From positions 1 through 60,479 of IMG/VR virus record IMGVR_UViG_3300031569_000005: 60,479 bases of DNA. One strand, written 5' to 3'. Below, piece after piece: positions 57,855-60,479 of the stretch. The DNA is from a virus. Taxonomy: Duplodnaviria > Caudoviricetes. How positions within the stretch are numbered: the stretch's first letter is position 1; each line of letters starts with the position of its first letter. A program made the translations under genes and the position numbers. The notes beneath the pieces are model-generated. The model had not been told where the DNA came from and did not search any database. It worked only from the letters and a program-made list of their open reading frames with translations.

Positions 57855-58102
57855 AATATTAATTTAGCTATTACTCCTAATATCACTATCCATATAGACC
57901 ATATGGCTTTATTAGCTTTATTTCTAAAAGTAGTATTTCGATTAACTTTTGATATAGTACCTTTATCAGGATCTAACAATGTTTGTTTTATCATTGATAT
58001 ATCTGATTGCATTTTGATCTGCCCATCTTTAAGATAATCCATATCTTTCTGAACCATCTTTATATCTGTATGTAGTTCAGCATTAGTTAACCGTTGTGCC
58101 AT
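57845..58102 (-). CDS. Coiled coil plus C-terminal TM protein (XhlA/holin-like)
   Basis: Heptad N-terminus, AIWSIWIVILGVIAKLIFW tail. Confidence 0.5.
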   Translation of the reverse strand: MAQRLTNAELHTDIKMVQKDMDYLKDGQIKMQSDISMIKQTLLDPDKGTISKVNRNTTFRNKANKAIWSIWIVILGVIAKLIFWN

Positions 58103-58288
58103 TTAAGCCTTTTTAGATTCAGCAACTGATTGTTTACGATATTCAGTTACTAATTTTTTTAATTCGCCGATTGCTTTTCTAGCTCTTGTTCCGGCCGCTC
58201 TATTACCTTTGTCCATAAACTTAGAATGATTCTCTGTAAATTCAGTCCAACTATTTTCTAACTCTGTATATATTTCATTTGATGTCAT
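58103..58288 (-). CDS. Histone H1-like Hc1-family small DNA-binding protein
   Basis: KFMDKGNRAAGTRARKAIGELKKLVTEYRKQSV matches the Bacteroidota Hc1-like pattern KGNKAAGTRARK. Confidence 0.8.
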   Translation of the reverse strand: MTSNEIYTELENSWTEFTENHSKFMDKGNRAAGTRARKAIGELKKLVTEYRKQSVAESKKA

Positions 58289-58303
58289 AACATTCCTTTT
58301 TTT

Positions 58304-58312
58304 AATAAATAT
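58304..58312 (-). promoter_or_regulatory. Putative late promoter ATATTTATT
   Basis: Motif copy upstream of the Hc1-like gene. Confidence 0.6.
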
Positions 58313-58320
58313 GATATAAT

Positions 58321-58527
58321 TTAATAATGAATAGCTTCATCTTGCTTAATAAAAAATTGTTTATAAAACTCCGCCTCTAACTGTTCTTCATCAATCACAT
58401 CTAATGACTGAAAGATTAAATTCCCGTCCAGATATACTTCTCCTATCAATGAATCATCATCAACAAAATATTCTATATCCTCACCGGAAAAAGATTCGTT
58501 AGTTTGTATATTCTCTAAATCTATCAT
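58321..58527 (-). CDS. Acidic hypothetical protein
   Basis: 68 aa, strongly D/E-rich. Confidence 0.6.
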   Translation of the reverse strand: MIDLENIQTNESFSGEDIEYFVDDDSLIGEVYLDGNLIFQSLDVIDEEQLEAEFYKQFFIKQDEAIHY

Positions 58528-58533
58528 TTTACA

Positions 58534-58542
58534 AATAAATAT
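58534..58542 (-). promoter_or_regulatory. Putative late promoter ATATTTATT
   Basis: Motif copy 6 nt upstream of ATG 58527. Confidence 0.55.
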
Positions 58543-58562
58543 TGACTAACCATTAATTAACC

Positions 58563-58793
58563 TTATTTATTTAATAATAATTTTGATTTGGTAGTATGTA
58601 TATGTTCTACTCTACAACCATCCATTGACCATGATATACGTTTACGTAATTCTTTGATATTACGTTTATCACGCGGATTAGGATAATCACAATACATTGG
58701 ATATAATGTAGATGTACGTACTGATCGTTTCTCTAACTGAACACGGTATGTATGTTTATACTTGTACGGTTCTTCCGATATTGTATATTTCAT
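58563..58793 (-). CDS. Basic hypothetical protein
   Basis: Likely start MKYTISEE at 58793. Confidence 0.5.
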   Translation of the reverse strand: MKYTISEEPYKYKHTYRVQLEKRSVRTSTLYPMYCDYPNPRDKRNIKELRKRISWSMDGCRVEHIHTTKSKLLLNK

Positions 58794-58938
58794 TAATATC
58801 TGTATTTTGTAAAACAATTGTATCGTGATATTCTAGACGTAATTTTTTTTGCCTATTACTAGCTGCCTCCAATGTATCAAAAACTTCTGTTTCAAATTTA
58901 CTAGAAACTTGATCACGATGTGCCACTATATATTTCAT
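58756..58938 (-). CDS. Hypothetical protein
   Basis: 60-aa ORF. Confidence 0.5.
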   Translation of the reverse strand: MKYIVAHRDQVSSKFETEVFDTLEAASNRQKKLRLEYHDTIVLQNTDINEIYNIGRTVQV

Positions 58939-58940
58939 AA

Positions 58941-59423
58941 TTATTTATTTAATTCTTTTTGTACTTTTGTCCAATACTGTAAAGTACGTTTACGTTTGTA
59001 ACCTCGAGGGCCGCCATTCCAATTTCTTGCAATTTTTTCATTAGTAGATTTCATGTGATGAAAGTTTTTCCATACATAAAACATCTGAATTGACTTTTTT
59101 CTGCTCCAACGATCTTTGTTTTTAAATCTCGTAGTGTTACCCAGACCCTTTAATATCCGATTGACTTCACGAACCATTATAGGCCTAATTTGTAGGCATC
59201 CTACGGAAGGAATTACCAAATGTTTGTCGCCTACACAACTGTCTTTGCCGGCACTTTCAACTTGTATTAAAGAATACACAAGACTTGAATCTTGTATAAT
59301 GATAGAATCTTGTACAACTTCAACTTCATCCGGTAAACAAAATTCTTTATTTTTATTATAATCAATCATGGATCCGAATAACGGTATCGTCATGATCAAT
59401 GACCATATATATATTGTTTTCAT
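58941..59423 (-). CDS. Lysozyme-fold cell-wall hydrolase (destabilase/i-type or SLT-like) with N-terminal signal/anchor
   Basis: LIQVES (catalytic Glu), SVGCLQI, IARNWNGGP, YW motifs; hydrophobic N-terminus. Confidence 0.8.
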   Translation of the reverse strand: MKTIYIWSLIMTIPLFGSMIDYNKNKEFCLPDEVEVVQDSIIIQDSSLVYSLIQVESAGKDSCVGDKHLVIPSVGCLQIRPIMVREVNRILKGLGNTTRFKNKDRWSRKKSIQMFYVWKNFHHMKSTNEKIARNWNGGPRGYKRKRTLQYWTKVQKELNK

Positions 59424-59435
59424 AATTCCTTTTAA

Positions 59436-59702
59436 TTAGCTACACCACATTGAATTACTTACCCATGGCTCAGCATATTCATCTGCTAACTCTACAGATT
59501 CACTTGCCCCATGGAAAGGCAATTTAAATCCTAATTTCTCACACCACTCTTCAAACTCAATATGGAGGTTATTAATTTCAATGTATTCATCTATAGTGAT
59601 AACTGGATTATTTGAATTAATATTAAACATTAATTCTGAATCATATGACGATTTACTATTCCAATTTTTAGTAACTTGATTTTGTAACTTTTTTTTATTC
59701 AT
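59436..59702 (-). CDS. Hypothetical early protein
   Basis: 88 aa behind a host-type promoter. Confidence 0.6.
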   Translation of the reverse strand: MNKKKLQNQVTKNWNSKSSYDSELMFNINSNNPVITIDEYIEINNLHIEFEEWCEKLGFKLPFHGASESVELADEYAEPWVSNSMWCS

Positions 59703-59741
59703 ATTTTTTATTAATTAACTATATTTAAAGATAAGGATAAA
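59702..59741. repeat. 40-bp exact direct repeat, copy 1 (promoter/leader cassette)
   Basis: TATTTTTTATTAATTAACTATATTTAAAGATAAGGATAAA, identical at 60331-60370. Confidence 0.9.
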
Positions 59742-59757
59742 TTTTCGTAAAGGCAAA
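59726..59757 (-). promoter_or_regulatory. Host-type -33/-7 early promoter
   Basis: TTTG-N20-TATCTTTA. Confidence 0.78.
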
Positions 59758-59762
59758 TCTTT

Positions 59763-59948
59763 TTACAGCTTTTTTACTATATTACTACATTTTTCATAAT
59801 CTTCAATACTTTCAAAATAACTTAATAATTTGCTAGCATCATTATGATCGGTAGGTAAATAAAATTCTTTTTGTTCTGACAATTTATTATAGGTAGTTTC
59901 GCCTACTAACAATTGATATGCATTATTATATGATTTTTCTATATCCAT
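59763..59948 (-). CDS. Hypothetical protein with UVR-like C-terminal motif
   Basis: YFESIEDYEKCSNIVK. Confidence 0.55.
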   Translation of the reverse strand: MDIEKSYNNAYQLLVGETTYNKLSEQKEFYLPTDHNDASKLLSYFESIEDYEKCSNIVKKL

Positions 59949-59949
59949 A

Positions 59950-60324
59950 TTATTTTAATCCTATAAACATTTCTTCTATGTATAACTCTTCTGCCATTTG
60001 CTTTACATGCCAATATGGAGCAACTTCTAACTCTTGAAAAACTTCTTTCTCTATATCATATATTGTAAAGCCTGAACCATAGCCACTAAATGTAATTGAC
60101 TTCTGAACTTCTTCCATTATACCATTTGAATGTATACTCCAATCAGAATCTTCAAACTTCATATCTTGATCCAATTCTTTATAATCTTCTAAAGCAGAAG
60201 CATAACCTTGTTTCCATAATTTTGTAATTTTCTTTTTTAGATCTTCTAAGACTTTATCATTCCAATCATACATTTCTGATGACCATGGCTTTGTAATTTC
60301 TATTCCGTATTTCTCTTTTATCAT
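59950..60324 (-). CDS. Hypothetical early protein
   Basis: 124 aa acidic ORF behind a host-type promoter. Confidence 0.6.
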   Translation of the reverse strand: MIKEKYGIEITKPWSSEMYDWNDKVLEDLKKKITKLWKQGYASALEDYKELDQDMKFEDSDWSIHSNGIMEEVQKSITFSGYGSGFTIYDIEKEVFQELEVAPYWHVKQMAEELYIEEMFIGLK

Positions 60325-60330
60325 ATCTCT

Positions 60331-60370
60331 TATTTTTTATTAATTAACTATATTTAAAGATAAGGATAAA
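60331..60370. repeat. 40-bp exact direct repeat, copy 2
   Basis: Identical to 59702-59741. Confidence 0.9.
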
Positions 60371-60386
60371 AGCTCACGATTCCTAA
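60355..60386 (-). promoter_or_regulatory. Host-type -33/-7 early promoter
   Basis: TTAG-N20-TATCTTTA. Confidence 0.7.
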
Positions 60387-60479
60387 TTTTTTACCAGAAA
60401 TGTTTGAAAAAAGTTTAATATGTTTTATGATGTCCATGACCTAGGACTTTACGGATTCGACGCCTCGAAGATTTATCAC

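Noticed and set aside
2205-59361. Plus-strand ORFs in the track (e.g. 2205-2753, 7180-7503, 8042-8347, 18911-19261, 55497-55955)
   Set aside because: All lie antisense within well-supported minus-strand genes and show shadow-frame composition with no recognisable motifs
60440-60470. GGATTCGAC resembling a tmRNA 5' end or tRNA T-loop
   Set aside because: Lacks the GGGG acceptor start and any visible cloverleaf; the minus strand reads as the end of a CDS (...DKSSRRRIRKVLGHGHHKTY-stop) entering from beyond the window
1-60479. Alternative genetic code, inteins/introns, DGR, CRISPR array, tRNAs
   Set aside because: Core genes are full length in the standard code; no intein or homing-endonuclease insertions seen in terminase, portal or primase; no reverse transcriptase or adenine-variable repeat pair; no repeat-spacer array or cloverleaf found by eye (tRNAscan-SE/Infernal not run)

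Overview
A 60.5-kb, AT-rich segment of a large T4-like (myovirus-type) phage. Every credible gene is on the minus strand and reads in the standard code. It holds the head module (gp23-type major capsid, acidic scaffold, gp21-type protease, gp20-type portal, gp17-type terminase), a phage ribosomal protein bS21 embedded among the head genes, a 3657-aa modular tail fibre and baseplate genes. It also holds a fused Mre11/Rad50 (gp47-gp46) nuclease, a DnaG primase, a T7-endonuclease-I-like resolvase, a gp55-like sigma factor, and accessory genes (ClpP, UvdE, Hsp20, HD hydrolase, SAM methyltransferase, Hc1-like protein, lysozyme). A Bacteroidota host is inferred from seven TTTG/TTAG-N20-TAnnTT(T/A)(A/G) promoters and from Bacteroidota-type genes. 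The most interesting signals are: (1) about 21 mostly structural genes carry AAGGA-type Shine-Dalgarno sites, whereas genes behind host-type promoters, including bS21 itself, do not, which suggests a bS21-driven translational switch; (2) about 15 copies of a putative late promoter ATATTTAT(A/T), the reverse complement of the T4 late promoter; (3) a ~26-bp imperfect inverted repeat that brackets the hsp20 gene exactly; (4) an 805-aa nucleotidyltransferase/KOW/ligase-like protein that looks like a virion-packaged polyprotein cut by the prohead protease. All functional calls come from motif recognition by eye; no database search was run.
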